A stretch of 63,748 bases of DNA, filler included, from Nemertoderma westbladi (Eukaryota; Animalia; Xenacoelomorpha), in NCBI GenBank assembly GCA_032718475.1. It is 3 parts of 3 records of this genome, joined end to end, with 100 filler letters (N's around TTAATTAATTAA, not from the genome) between each part and the next. Parts side by side here need not be neighbours in the genome. Positions count along the whole stretch, not along the records: positions 1 to 30,986 come from JAUCBJ010007349.1; 2 more parts are not named here. The stretch is one strand, 5' to 3'. Both the position numbers and the translations under genes were made by a program. Below the pieces are notes generated by a model. It worked only from the letters and a program-made list of their open reading frames with translations, had not been told where the DNA came from and searched no databases. Of this stretch, positions 1 to 12,402 are shown in pieces (the first letter of the stretch is position 1; each line of letters opens with the position of its first letter).

Positions 1-224
1 TCGACTATACCCGTAATGAAGAGGAGGAAGTTACAGACCTTGTCTCCGCCTCCGGGGCAGATCTGGATCCCGATTATTCCGAACATGGTGCGAACACCGG
101 ACTGGAGGGAGCCACAGCTGTATCCAGTGGCAACTTCCATCGGGCTCGGGTCTCTAATCAAATCCAGCTCAACTCATATGCGAGTGCAGTTCGTGGCCAT
201 CCTGGCCACCCCCCGAGGCGTCCC

Positions 225-824
225 ATGCCTACCTACTTCCCCAGTCCCCAGCCAGCAGTTCACAATCGGTTTGATCCGCTGGTTGATTTGACTTCTGATC
301 AGGCTGCTTCCGACAGTGAAGAAGCTAGTCGACGTCCTCGATCTGCTAAACTACGTGGTCTACGAGGACGACGCCGGGGTGGCGGCGGTGTCGATGGAGG
401 TCCCTCCAAGCAACCTGCTACATCGGACGGTCCTGTTCCTCCTGCTTCTGGTACCCGTGCTGCGTTCCCCGGTGGTTTCACTGCCGACAGGCGGAAGAAA
501 CGTCCGGCGCCGATTGGAACCGGTACTTTTGAGTTTCCTGGCCTAGTTGCGGCTGCCCGTGAGCCGCGAGAGTTGCGTATCTTTGTTTCTCGTTTCACCC
601 CCGAAACAACAGCAGCGGTTGTCGAGGAGTTTATTAACTCGCAGCATAATTTGTCTGTTGGTTCGGTGGTTGCTAACCCGAAACAACTACACCAGACCTA
701 TAGCTCGTTTATTATAATAACTCGGAGTAAGGATGTGTATGAAAAACTTATTGACACTAGATCCTGGCCGCAGGGGATTCTTGTGAAGAGGCACTGGGTC
801 CCTATGGATGGGTCTCGGGTTTAA
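225..824 (+). CDS. LINE ORF1 protein, C-terminal part (RRM-like domain)
   Basis: NRF motif, basic low-complexity stretch, and IFVSRF-x-PETT...YSSF...WPQGILVK, typical of the ORF1 C-terminus of CR1/Jockey-like LINEs. Lies directly upstream of ORF2. Confidence 0.7.
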   Translation: MPTYFPSPQPAVHNRFDPLVDLTSDQAASDSEEASRRPRSAKLRGLRGRRRGGGGVDGGPSKQPATSDGPVPPASGTRAAFPGGFTADRRKKRPAPIGTGTFEFPGLVAAAREPRELRIFVSRFTPETTAAVVEEFINSQHNLSVGSVVANPKQLHQTYSSFIIITRSKDVYEKLIDTRSWPQGILVKRHWVPMDGSRV

Positions 825-977
825 GTGCTGGATGGGAGTAGCGTTAGAGACTATTACACTAAAGACTCTAATCAAATAATCCAACTTAATTTCTAAGTAA
901 CCCAATTTGCTTCAGTACCCATTGTTATTTTTAGTAACAGTTTTAATTAGTTAAAAAGTAATTTTTTAGTATAGATA

Positions 978-3900
978 ATGAGTCATAATTTGCGGATATG
1001 TTCGTATAACTGTGGAGGTCTTACCTCCCATATGGACCATGTTAGGTCGCTATGTAAAAATCACGATATATTGTTTCTCCAGGAAACGTGGCAATACAAG
1101 CAGGACCTGCATTCTTTAAACAGCATTGAAGGCGACTATTTTGGTAGTGGGGTGGCAAGTGTAGATCTAAGTGATGGTCCTCGTGTTGGCAGGCCTCACG
1201 GGGGGCTAGCCATCCTCTGGCATAAGTCGTTGAATAATAAAGTTAAAATAATTAATTTGAATAACAATCGTTTATTAGGTGTTACTGTAGAGTGCTCGGA
1301 TGGATCCACGATGTTTTTAATTAATGCCTATTTTCCGTGCGATAATTCGGATAATTTCGAATTATTTTTGGAATTATTATCAGTGTGCTTTACAAGTATT
1401 AATGACCACCCCGGTAATCTTTGTGCAGTTATTGGCGATTTTAATGCTATGCCCGGTCGGAATTTTGGAACAGAATTACAGAATTTCTGTAATTTTTCTT
1501 CGTTGCTAGTATCAGATGTTATTTTATTACCAAGGGAAACGTTTACGTATATAAGTCATATTTACGGTACGGTGTCTTGGTTAGATCATGTAGTTTCTAC
1601 GCCAAGTTTCCATGGCAAGATTTCTGGTCTTAAAGTAGTTACAGATGTTTCGGTTGATGATCATCTCCCGTTATCCTTTGTGTGCGATGTCTCTGTAGAT
1701 TCATCTCCCAGGCACGTACACGTAGAACCAGCTTCTCCACGTTCCGATTGGAAGAAGGTAGATAGTACTGTAATCGATGCTTACCATAATGGTTTAGATG
1801 AGTGCTTATCTATGTTTAATTTACCGGACTCTGTTACTTGTTGTGATGTTCACTGTAGTAACCCTGAACATTTAAGCAGTCTTAAAATATCTTACGACCA
1901 AGTTATTGGTGCTATTAAATCTAGTGTAGATAAGTATATCCCTACTTCTAAGTGTAGTTATAACAGTAGGACTACTAATGCTGTTCCCGGTTGGAACGAG
2001 TTTGTTAAAGAAAAATATGAAGCGGCGCAGGAGGCCTTTCATATATGGTGTGAGCAGGGGCGACCGAGATTCGGTTTTATTTGGGACGTGAAATGGCGTG
2101 CAACCGCGCAGTTCAAATTGGCCCTGCGTAATTGTCGTCGGTCTGTGCAGTCTATCAGAGACGACAAATTAGCTCAGTCTTTTATTGATAGTAAAAACGA
2201 TTTTTGGAGTTCAGTGCGATCGCGAAATAACGCGAAAATTAAACGTTCCAATAATGTTGGTGGTGCTAATTTCGAACCGGAAATAGCTGATCTTTTTAAG
2301 AGTAGTTATGAGCATATCTTTAACTCAGTGCCGTGTAAGGATGATGATTTTGTCTACGTGAAAGGTGTGTTTGATAATTGGGATGAACCTGCGTAATTGT
2401 CGTTGGTCTGTGCAGTCTATCAGAGACGACAAATTAGCTCAGTCTTTTATTGATAGTAAAAACGATTTTTGGAGTTCAGTGCGATCGCGAAATAACGCGA
2501 AAATTAAACGTTCCAATAATGTTGGTGGTGCTAATTTCGAACCGGAAATAGCTGATCTTTTTAAGAGTAGTTATGAGCATATCTTTAACTCAGTGCCGTG
2601 TAAGGATGATGATTTTGTCTACGTGAAAGGTGTGTTTGATAATTGGGATGGTTCTAATTATGTGCACATTACTCCGTCTATGGTTTATGAGGCGGTTCAG
2701 AGTCTTTCTAAAGGAAAGGCTGCAGGTCCGGATGGGATTTTTCCAGAAAGTTTAATATTTGCAGGGCCGCGTTTGTCAGTAATGTTAGCCCTATTATTTA
2801 ATGCTTTTTTGGTTCATGGTTATTTGCCTAATAGCTTTATTACTTCTAGTATTTTACCTTAATTAAAAATAAGAATGCTAGTTATTCTGATTTCACTAAT
2901 TACAGACCTAGCTGTTGCTAACGCGATATCGAAAGTATTTGAGGCATGTATACTGCCTTTTATCAAGGGTCGTGCTAAATGTACTGATAATCAATTCGGT
3001 TTTCAGTCAGCTCTAGGCACTGAAATGTGTATTTTTGCGTTAAAAGAAACTGTTCATTTATATGTCAGTCGAGAATCTCCAGTGTATTCGGCGTTCTTAG
3101 ATGCGTCTAAGGCGTTTGACCGGGTAAATCATTTTAAATTGTTTAGACAGCTATTGGATATTAATGTACCGGTTTCAATTGTGCGTATTCTTTCCTTTTG
3201 GTATTCAAATCAATATATTTTTGTAAGATGGGGAAGTGCTTCCTCGGATGTCTTCACTGTTACTAATGGTGTATGACAGGGGAGCCTTCTCAGCCCTGTT
3301 CTCTTTAATATCTATATGACGGAATTAAGTAGACGCTTGAACGACTCTTCTGTTGGTTGCAAAGTAGGTTCCATTATTATTAATAATCTTTTTTATGCAG
3401 ACGATCTATGTTTATTATCCCCTAGCATTTTTGGTCTACGTAAGTTAATTGCTATTTGTGAAAAGTTTGGGGTGGAATTTGATATTGAATTTAACCCGCT
3501 TAAATCTCACTGTATGTATTTTCTTCCTTATAGAATTAACCGTGCTGGTGATGTATATCTTTGTGGTAAACCATTACATTGTGTTAAGGAGGTTAATTAC
3601 CTTGGGCATACAATTACTTGCGATCTAAGCGATGAATCAGATATGAAACGTATAATGTGCTCAATGTACTGTATTGTAGGGGTAACCAGATTGCTAGATT
3701 ATTTTCGAATTGTTCATATGATGTAAAGTTAATCTTATTTAGATCCTACTGTTACAGCATGTACTGTTGCTCACTCTGGTCTATATTTCGTGTTGAGAAT
3801 TTGCGCAAGGTTAAGGTAGCTTATAATACTGCTTTTAGATCACTTTTCCAATATTCTAGAACTGAGGACTCTAGTGAAATTTTTGTAAATAATAGGATCA

Positions 3901-4049
3901 ATACTTTTAGGGCTATGCAGAGAAGTAATATTTTTTCTTTGCTACGACGTATTGATGTTTCACAAAACATCATTATTCGTGTAATTGCTAACGTTTCTCC
4001 TCTCTCGGTGTTGCGTAAGAGGTGGTTAGTGGTGCTTGGGGTAACCTAA
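978..4049 (+). pseudogene. LINE ORF2 (endonuclease + reverse transcriptase), disrupted
   Basis: APE motifs SYNCGG, LQETW, GDFN, WLDH, DDH. RT motifs QFGF, FLDASKAFD, GV*QG, FYADD, YLG. Broken by a 263-bp tandem duplication, frameshifts near 2870 and 3670, and a TGA at 3274-3276. Confidence 0.93.
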
Positions 4050-5029
4050 TTTTCTGATTTTGTGTTTTATGTAAAATTTTTTGAATTTTTTTCCGCTGTA
4101 AAATCTTTTGAATATTTTTTCGTTGTAAAAATTATTGAATTTTTATTCTACTTAAACTACATTATTTTTGTGTTTTGTTCTTAGTTTATCTTATATATAA
4201 ACTATTGTCATTGTAAAGAGTGAATAACTTTCGTGCTGTTCTTAGAATTAATATTTTCTCCTTACTTAGCCGTACTGCTAACTCTGAGAACTCAATCATG
4301 CCTGTAGCTCAATCACTAATTCTTTATTACATTGTCGTTGGAACATTGTTCTTGGTGCTGTTTAATATTGCAATATTTGATTGGTAATTCCCCGTTAAAT
4401 GTTACTCCTTTGTATTGATTTAATGTAAACTTGAATGAACTACTTACTTAATATTATTATGTGTGCTAATAAATAGGTGTCGTGTAGGTACAATGGGCCT
4501 TGGCCCGATGAATTAAATAATAATAATAATAATAATAATAAGAGGTCAGTTATTATCAGTTAAAGGGGCTTGCCTCTAAACTTCTTTATATAGGCCTACA
4601 TTATTGTATTTAATAATCTAATAATTGTATTCAATTTATTTTCTATTTATTTATGTACATAAATTTTACTGGTTTCCATTTACCCCGCCTGGGGGTGTAT
4701 CGAATTAATATATATTATTGTATTTAAGTATGGCAATAAATATTAAATAATAATTTTCTGATGACACGGACCCCCCCCCCAAACTTTTTACAAATCTTTA
4801 TCATAATGCTTGAAATTTGAAACACAGGTAGTTCAACTCACCGTCGTTGACCCCATGAAGCCGGAATTTCCGATTTCAGGATTTTGCCTGTAAATTTTTT
4901 TTATAAACGTTTAAAAAAGTGTCTTTCATGAAATCGCACCCTCCGCATCGTGGCCACTCTTCACATTAGTCGTAATATTTCATTTCATTAGAAAGCTTGC
5001 GGCAGTCAGTAGGCCTATTCAGTACCGGT

Positions 5030-6858
5030 TAGGGTTCAACAGAAGGCACTTTATGGTGCCGAACCGAACCGAACCGAAGCAGGGCCAACTTCGGGCCGAA
5101 CCGAACCGAATCCGAACCGAAGTTCAGAAAGTTAGCAAGTTATGGTCATAAATTCGTATTTACGTCACTATACTGGCTGACTGGCCTGCTGGCAGTGGCA
5201 GACTGGTACCTATTTGGTCTGCGGACTTAGCAAGAAAGCTATGATTAATTAAAAAAATAAGTAGGCCTACTACAAAATAAAATGACAATATTTACATTAC
5301 TCAGTTACTGTACATTACTAACCTAAACTACTGTCTGTATGCACCACATTTTAACCCGTAGTAAGCCGTACAGTAGTGACATCAAATTTAGAAAACCTCA
5401 CTAAAAGTACAGGCAGACAGGTAGTCTTTGTAATACTATTTATATGAGGTAGGCCTAGTAGGTATATTTCTGTATTTGGTATTATGTATCAAAGTTATGA
5501 TTAATTAAAAAATAGGTACTACAAAGTAAAATGGCAATAGGCCTATTTAGCCTAACCTAAACTAGGCCTACTGTATAATTAAGCTAATTTTGAAACTACC
5601 CAAGTAAACTGAAAACAATTAAAAAAATAATGCCATTTAAATGGAAGTTCGTGTAAACGTTAAGCAGACAGTGGTGCAGACACCTGGTGCGGACAGTGGT
5701 GCAGACAGTGGTGCAGCGTGCAGACAGTGGTGCAGGCACTGGTGCAGACACTGGTGCAGACGGTGGTGCAGACACAGGTGCAGACAGTGGTGCAGACAGT
5801 GGTGCAGCGTGCAGACAGTGGTTCAGACACTGGTGCAGACACTGGTGCAGGTGCAGACAGTGATGCAGACACTGGTGCAGACAGTGGTGCAAACTGGTGC
5901 AGAATGTGGTGCAGACACTGGTGCAGACAGTGGTGCAGACACTGGTTCAGACAGTGGTGCAGACACTGGTGCAGACAGTGATGCAGACAGTGGTGAAGGC
6001 AGTGGTGCAGATACTGGTGCAGACAGTCAGACAGTGGTGCAGACAGTGCAGACTAACTACAGTAAGGTCTCAGCAGCTCAGGAATTCTTAGCCCACGAGT
6101 ATTCTTAGCCTGCAAGTATTCTTGGCCCTTGGGTATTCTTAGCCTGCAAAACAATAACGTTTATTGTTTTGGTTCCCCCAATACTGCAATACTCCTCTGA
6201 AACCTGCTCCTTTACTAAAGTGCTCCTTTACTAACCTGCTCGCCCCTTTACTGTCTGCACCACTGTCTGACTGTCTGCACCACTGTCTGCACCACTGACA
6301 GACTGGCTGCACCACTGTCTGCACCAGTGTCTGCACCACTGTCTGCACCAGTGTCTGCACCACTGTCTACACCACTGTCTGCACCAGTGTCTGGACCACT
6401 GTCTGTACCACTGTCTGCACCAGTGTCTGCACCACTGTCTGCACCAGTGTCTGCACCACTGTCTGTACCAAAACCTGCACAACTGTCTGCACCACTGTCT
6501 GCACCAGTGTCTGCACGACTGCACCACTGTCTGCACCAGGTGTCTGCACCACTGTCTGCATCACTGTCTGACTGTCTGCACCAATGTCTGCACCACTGTC
6601 TGTACCTACTGTCTGCCTGTCTGCTCTGCACCAGTGTCTGCTTAACGTTTACACCCCAAAATTAATTAGTACAACGATGGACAGATTGATTAGTCTTACT
6701 GTTTTCTGGTCTTAGCTCAATCAGTCAATGTAATACTTGGAATAATTAGCAAAGTTTGCTCCTGGCTTCTGCAGTATCAATTGCAGAAGCCGAACCGAAC
6801 CGAAATTGCCAAACTTCGGCCCGAACCGAACCGAAGCCGAAGCTTCTGTTGAGCCCTA
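5030..6858. mobile_element. Non-autonomous hAT-type DNA transposon
   Basis: 16-bp TIRs TAGGGTTCAACAGAAG (5030-5045) and CTTCTGTTGAGCCCTA (6843-6858), 1 mismatch. Perfect 8-bp TSD GTACCGGT (5022-5029, 6859-6866). Subterminal CCGAA repeats at both ends. Confidence 0.92.
5651..6653. repeat. Foldback structure: inverted arrays of a 12-bp unit (GGTGCAGACA[G/C]T)
   Basis: Forward array at about 5665-6052 and reverse-complement array at about 6250-6640. Bounded by GTGTAAACGTTAAGCAGAC and GTCTGCTTAACGTTTACAC. Confidence 0.9.
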
Positions 6859-6917
6859 GTACCGGTACAGCAGTAGTACTGTATGCAGTACCGGTAAGTA
6901 CAGAAGTAGGCTGTAGG

Positions 6918-8186
6918 CAAGGCCCACTAAAAGACAGGCCGTGCAGCCGACTGGTACGTCCTGACAATTGAGGGCCTAGAAATTTATTAAGACGTCAATA
7001 CAGCAATAGGTTCGATATAGCATTAGTACCGTATTGTTTACTGCTGTACTGCTAGAAGTTTCCTTGTCGCCGTACAGCCGTAAGGTGTTATAAATTTAGC
7101 GGCATGCCAGGGCTCCCAACGATACTCAACATCAACGATACTCAACATGTTACTACATTATTCAGGAAATAGGCCTAACATTTTAGGTGGGGGTGGGGGT
7201 GTTATTGTATTCGACACTTGCAGACTTGTAGGATTCGATTATTCAACTGTTTAATATTAACGATATAGGGCCTATAACAGTATAATAATTGTTTTAGACA
7301 TATACAGTAAATTTTAAATATTCGTTCCCTTAAGGAAATTTTTAGATTACCGGTATCCCTTTTTAGCTTGCATAATCGTATAAATTTGTCTTCGAGCTCT
7401 ATCTTAATTTGTTTCCGAAATACTTGTCGTGCGAAATCAACTATGTACGACACTTTTAAACGATGGTGCCGATAACTATTTTACCTATGAGTATATTTTA
7501 ACTGCGAACACAAACAAACAACCTAGGCCTATATTTTAATGCTTAATGTTTTTATTTAATTTAATTGTAATTTGTGCCATTAATTTTAGATACCGGTATG
7601 ACAGTATGACAGTATGACTATGTTTTGGTCTGTTGGTTGAAATAAATAGGCCCCCCTAAATAAATAAAATAAATAAATTTGTATTGTATTAATTCATTAT
7701 TTACATATTATTATATTATATTAATATTAACTATTATATTAATTGTATTCAGTATATATATAGTCAGATAGTAGGTATATAAAATCATTAGGCCTAACAG
7801 TATCCTGGTATGATGGCCGAAAAAGAGATGCTGAGATGTATAATGTGTACTTCTGGAATACAATACTGCAATAGGCCTACAGAAATAATCAATGCATAAT
7901 CACTACACTACAATACAGCAATACGATTACTTGGCCTAGCAGCAGTGAATGAATAGCTGAATAGGGGCCTACTGGATTGGTATACTGAGGTCAGGAGGTA
8001 CGGCATACTGGCATACGGTACGTATAGACATACGCAGCAACGCAGGTGGCAGGTACCGGTACCGCACCGGTATAATCATTCAGTCATTGACTGATTGAAG
8101 GCTTAACACTGCAATTTCTAGGCCATCAATTGTCAGGACGTACCAGTCGGCTGCACGGCACACGGCCTGTCTTTTAGTAGGCCTTG
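6918..8186. mobile_element. Non-autonomous DNA transposon (hAT- or P-like) with ~70-bp TIRs
   Basis: TIRs at 6918-6984 and 8113-8186 (CAAGGCC[C/T]ACTAAAAGACAGGCCGTG...GACAATTGA). Perfect 8-bp TSD GCTGTAGG (6910-6917, 8187-8194). Confidence 0.9.
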
Positions 8187-8302
8187 GCTGTAGGCTGGCT
8201 TACAAAATACAGAAATATGAAATATTTAAGTGATTGTCTTGTCTGTGCTGCAGTGCTGTGCTGATCTGCTGATTGACAGATTGACTGAGGTGTTCTGGGA
8301 TC

Positions 8303-9898
8303 ATGGGATTGCAATCCCGCAGTAGCGGTGTTCTTAAAGTCTCCAGCAACGACGCCTGCGCCAATATTGTTCACAGTTTACTTTGCTTTAAAGTTGGAGT
8401 TGGCGGAAGCGGCAACAGTTTCTCTAAGAAAGCCATAGAAAGTCTCGTAAAAAAGCTAAAGGAAAAGAAGTCTGAACTGGACTCTCTGATCGCAGCGATA
8501 CTAAGTTCGGGCAGTAATTGTACTCATTGCGTCACAATCGCTCGGACTCTGGATGGCCGGATACAAATCCACGGGAAGAAAGGATTCCCCCACGTGGTTT
8601 ACTCCCGAATATGGCGATGGCCGGATCTCCTAAAGAACGAAATAAAATCGCTGAGTTTCTGCGAGTTCGGTTTCTGTTTCAAGAAGCCTTTTATCTGCGT
8701 GAACCCGTACCACTATGAGCGGATAGTGACGCCGAATCTCGAGCTGCCCTCCATGAACTCGCTAAGTATCGACCGCGGTCTCTCGTCCAGTAAACTCAAT
8801 GATTCACTCGTCGCGGAATGCCAATCACCAGACTCGGAACTCGTTCCACCCACCCCCAACTCCAACTCGTTACCCTCGGCTCTTTATAACAACCAAACAT
8901 CCTACTACACCCCTCCACAAACTCTATACAATAACTCGCAACCTTCTTTATATAACAATATCCCAATCCCACCCACTGATACTTTATTTAATAACACCCC
9001 GTTGGTTGCCACACCTCTACCAGCCACGCCGCTACCAGTCACCGCAATGCCAGCCACCCCGATGCCACCCACCCCGCTTCCAGCCTCCCAATTTCCAACA
9101 GTTTCAGTATGTTTACTCCCGATAAACAATACGGCTGCTATAAACAATCAACTCCCTTTCTTCTCAAACAATCAACCGCAACTTACGCCGCAAAACACAA
9201 AACCGACCGCTGAAGAGTTCATCGATGAGAATGAAACGGCAGAGCAGAAGTTGGAAGTTATCCTGAGTAAGAAACCAGTCCCTGGTAACTGGGCGAGCAT
9301 TACTTACTATGAGTTCGACCAGCAGGTGGGTCCGACATTCCGGGCCTGTCGGAGTTCGGTGGACGTGGACGGATACGTGGACCCGTCTGCGGACGACCGC
9401 TTCTGTCTGGGCCTGCTCTCCAACCTGGAGCGCGCCGACGAGTGCGAGGACGTCCGCAAGTACCTCGGTCGCGGGATCCGACTCGAGACAGACGAGGTTG
9501 GGGCGGTGTACTGCACCTGTCTGTCCGACCATTGTGTGTTCGTGGATTCCTACCTGTTGGACCACAAGGCGGGCCACTCGCCCGGGGAGGCCATACACAA
9601 GATATACCCCCGGGCGCGCATCAAGGTCTTCGATCTGTTGCTATGTTACCGTGAGTTGCAGAGACGCGCGACACCACCCTGCAGCGGTGCGACTGGGGAT
9701 TGGTTCAACATTGATGACCTCAGGAAACTCTGCGTGGTTAGTATAAGTTTCGTAAAAGGTTGGGGCACAGATTACCATAGATACACAATAAAAGAGACCC
9801 CGTGTTGGATTGAGATACTTATAAACAGGGCGTTGCAGGTACTAGACAATGTGTTACTAGACATGCCGAGTCTGGGTGTCTCAGATTGCGAAAGCTAA
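8303..9898 (+). CDS. SMAD4: Co-SMAD (SMAD4/Medea), 531 aa, single uninterrupted ORF
   Basis: MH1: IVHSLLC, KAIESLVKKLKEKK-ELDSLI, RTLDGRIQ, KGFPHV, WRWPDL, CVNPYHYER. Pro-rich linker. SMAD4-type MH2: VDGYVDPS, HKIYP, IKVFDL, DDLR, SFVKGWG, IKETPCWIEI, RALQVLD. No C-terminal SSXS. AATAAA at 9979-9984. Confidence 0.96.
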   Translation: MGLQSRSSGVLKVSSNDACANIVHSLLCFKVGVGGSGNSFSKKAIESLVKKLKEKKSELDSLIAAILSSGSNCTHCVTIARTLDGRIQIHGKKGFPHVVYSRIWRWPDLLKNEIKSLSFCEFGFCFKKPFICVNPYHYERIVTPNLELPSMNSLSIDRGLSSSKLNDSLVAECQSPDSELVPPTPNSNSLPSALYNNQTSYYTPPQTLYNNSQPSLYNNIPIPPTDTLFNNTPLVATPLPATPLPVTAMPATPMPPTPLPASQFPTVSVCLLPINNTAAINNQLPFFSNNQPQLTPQNTKPTAEEFIDENETAEQKLEVILSKKPVPGNWASITYYEFDQQVGPTFRACRSSVDVDGYVDPSADDRFCLGLLSNLERADECEDVRKYLGRGIRLETDEVGAVYCTCLSDHCVFVDSYLLDHKAGHSPGEAIHKIYPRARIKVFDLLLCYRELQRRATPPCSGATGDWFNIDDLRKLCVVSISFVKGWGTDYHRYTIKETPCWIEILINRALQVLDNVLLDMPSLGVSDCES

Positions 9899-10340
9899 TC
9901 GACTCGGAAACAATGTTAAACATCTATAGGTTGGAACTAGGCGAACATTATCTGCTGCCAATCACTTCGTCAGTTTTTAATAAAGTTCGTTTGAATTTAT
10001 TATTAATTAACAGCATACATACATTTACTTATAGTATTTATTAGGAATGTTAATTAATTATCGTTTGTTCGTTCATATAATAATATTACCACGGTTTTTT
10101 TGGTATATTTTTATGTAATTCCTTTAGCAGTGTGTTGTAATGTCTTTATATGATTGTATTGTAATAACAGTAAAAATAATTTGATTATTCGTCAACGCAG
10201 TTAAATCCTTTCCAGTTGGTACACAAAGATTGAACTATGTAATACAAGTAATACGTAATGGGAAGTGGGAACCTAGTTATTGCATGCAATCAGTGATCAG
10301 CTGAAACGGTTGGTTGAGCCCCGCAAATGAAGGACCAATT

Positions 10341-10782
10341 TAGGATGCGATACACGGTCCATGACATCTTCTAGGATGCGATACACGGTCCTTGACATCT
10401 TCTAGGATGCGATACACGGTCCTTGACGTCTTCTAGGATGCGATACACGGTCCTTGACATCTTCTAGGATGCGATACACAGTCCTTGACATCTTCTAGGA
10501 TGCGATACACGGTCCTTGACATCTTCTAGGATGCGATACACAGTCCTTGACATCTTCTAGGATGCGATACACGGTCCTTGACATCTTCTAGGATGCGATA
10601 CACGGTCCTTGACATCTTCTAGGATGCGATACATGGTCCTTGACATCTTCTAGGATGCGATACACGGTCCTTGACATCTTCTAGGATGCGATACACGGTC
10701 CTTGACATCTTCTAGGATGCGATACAGATACACGGTCCTTGACATCCTCTAGGACGTGATACACGGTCCTTGAAACCTTCTA
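10341..10782. repeat. 31-bp minisatellite, about 14 copies
   Basis: Unit TAGGATGCGATACACGGTCCTTGACATCTTC, head-to-tail, near-identical, no spacers. Confidence 0.95.
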
Positions 10783-11009
10783 TGTCTCCATTGCTATTAC
10801 ATCGTCATGTCTTTGTATTCCTACTGTAAGGTGTTTTTACTTAACTTGCTCGACAAATAATTAAATTAAATTTACCCATTATTTTTTACTTGTACAGCCG
10901 GATATTAGCAGTGTAAATGAACTTGCTTTGTTTAGTCTTCCTGCACGGTATGTAATGATGTTGGGTCAATCCTGTTTCATTGACCCTCACTGTTTCTTTC
11001 TTTGGTCAA

Positions 11010-12402
11010 CTCCACTCCAATAGACCTATCTTTAGCACCGATACCTCAGTTCAATTCCAATCCAATAGACCTATCTTTTGTACAGGTACCTCAGTTCCAC
11101 TCCGATAGACCTATCTGTAGCACTATAGACCTATATAGTAGACCTAGACCAGTGTACCCCAGTTCCTATCCAATAGGCCTATCTTTAGCACCGATACCTC
11201 AGTTCCACTCCGATAGACCTATGTTTAGCACCGGTACCTCAGTTCCATTTCGATAGACCTATCTTTCATACAGGTACCTCAGTTCCACTCCGATTAACCT
11301 ATCTTTCGTATAGGTACCCCAGTTCCTCTACAATAGACCTATCTTTAGCACTGATACCTCAGTTCCTCTACAATAGACCTATCTTTAGCACCGGTACCTC
11401 AGTTCCACTCCGATAGACCTATCTTTAGTATAGGTTCCCTAGTTACTCTCTGATAGGCCTATCTTTCGTATAGGTACCCCAGTTCCTCTACAATAGACCT
11501 ATCTTTAGCATTGATACCTCAGTTCCTCTACAATAGACCTATCTTTAGCACCGGTACCTCAGTTCCACTCCGATAGACCGACCTATCTTTAGTATAGGTT
11601 CCCTAGTTACTCTCTGATAGGCCTATCTTTCGTATAGGTACCCCAGTTCCTCTACAATAGACCTATCTATAGCACCGATACCGGTACCTCAGTTCCACTC
11701 CGATAGACCTATCTTTAGCACCGGTACCTCAGTTACACTCCGATAGACCTATCTTTAGCACCGGTACCTCAGTTCCATTTCGATAGACCTATCTTTCATA
11801 CAGGTACCCCAGTTCCTCTACAATAGACCTATCATGCACCGGTACCTCAGTTCCACTCCGATAGACCTATCTTTAGCACCGGTACCTCAGTTCCACTCCG
11901 ATAGACCTATATTTATCACCGGTACCTCAGTTCCTCTCCGATAGACCAATATTTAGCACCAGTACCCCAGTTCCACTCCGATAGACCTATATTTAGCACC
12001 TGTACCCCAGTTCCACTCCGATATGCCTATCTGTAGCACCGATACCTCAGTTCCACTCCGATAGACCTATCTCTAGCACCGGTACCCCAGTTCCACTCCA
12101 ATAGACCTATCTTTAGCACCGGTACCTCAGTTCCACTCCGATAGACCTATATTTAGCACCTGTACCCCAGTTCCACTCCGATATGCCTATCTGTAGCACC
12201 GATACCTCAGTTCCACTCCAATAGACCTATCTTTAGCACCGGTACCTCAGTTCCACTCCAATAGACCTATCTTTAGCACCGGTACCTCAGTTCCACTCCG
12301 ATAGACCTATCTTTAGCTTAGCACCGGTACCCCAGTTCCACATCGATATGCCTATCTGTAGCACCGATACCTCAGTTCCACTCCGATAGGCCTATCTTTA
12401 GT
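11010..12402. repeat. 40-bp minisatellite, about 34 copies
   Basis: Unit CCGGTACCTCAGTTCCACTCCGATAGACCTATCTTTAGCA with recurring variants. Confidence 0.95.

Larger units (their letters stand above)
225..4541 (+). mobile_element. Non-LTR retrotransposon (LINE; APE+RT; clade unresolved, possibly Proto2/CR1-like), degraded; 5' end may lie outside the window
   Basis: ORF1-like region, then ORF2 with APE and RT motifs, an AT-rich 3' UTR and a (TAA)n tail at about 4517-4541. Confidence 0.92.

Noticed and set aside
5596-6665. Many ORFs (VQTVVQT, WCRQ, ADSG, SAPL repeats)
   Set aside because: Translations of the 12-bp repeat in several frames on both strands; not genes.
10341-12402. CRISPR-like appearance of the 31-bp and 40-bp arrays
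   Set aside because: Units are contiguous with no unique spacers, no cas genes, and the context is eukaryotic.
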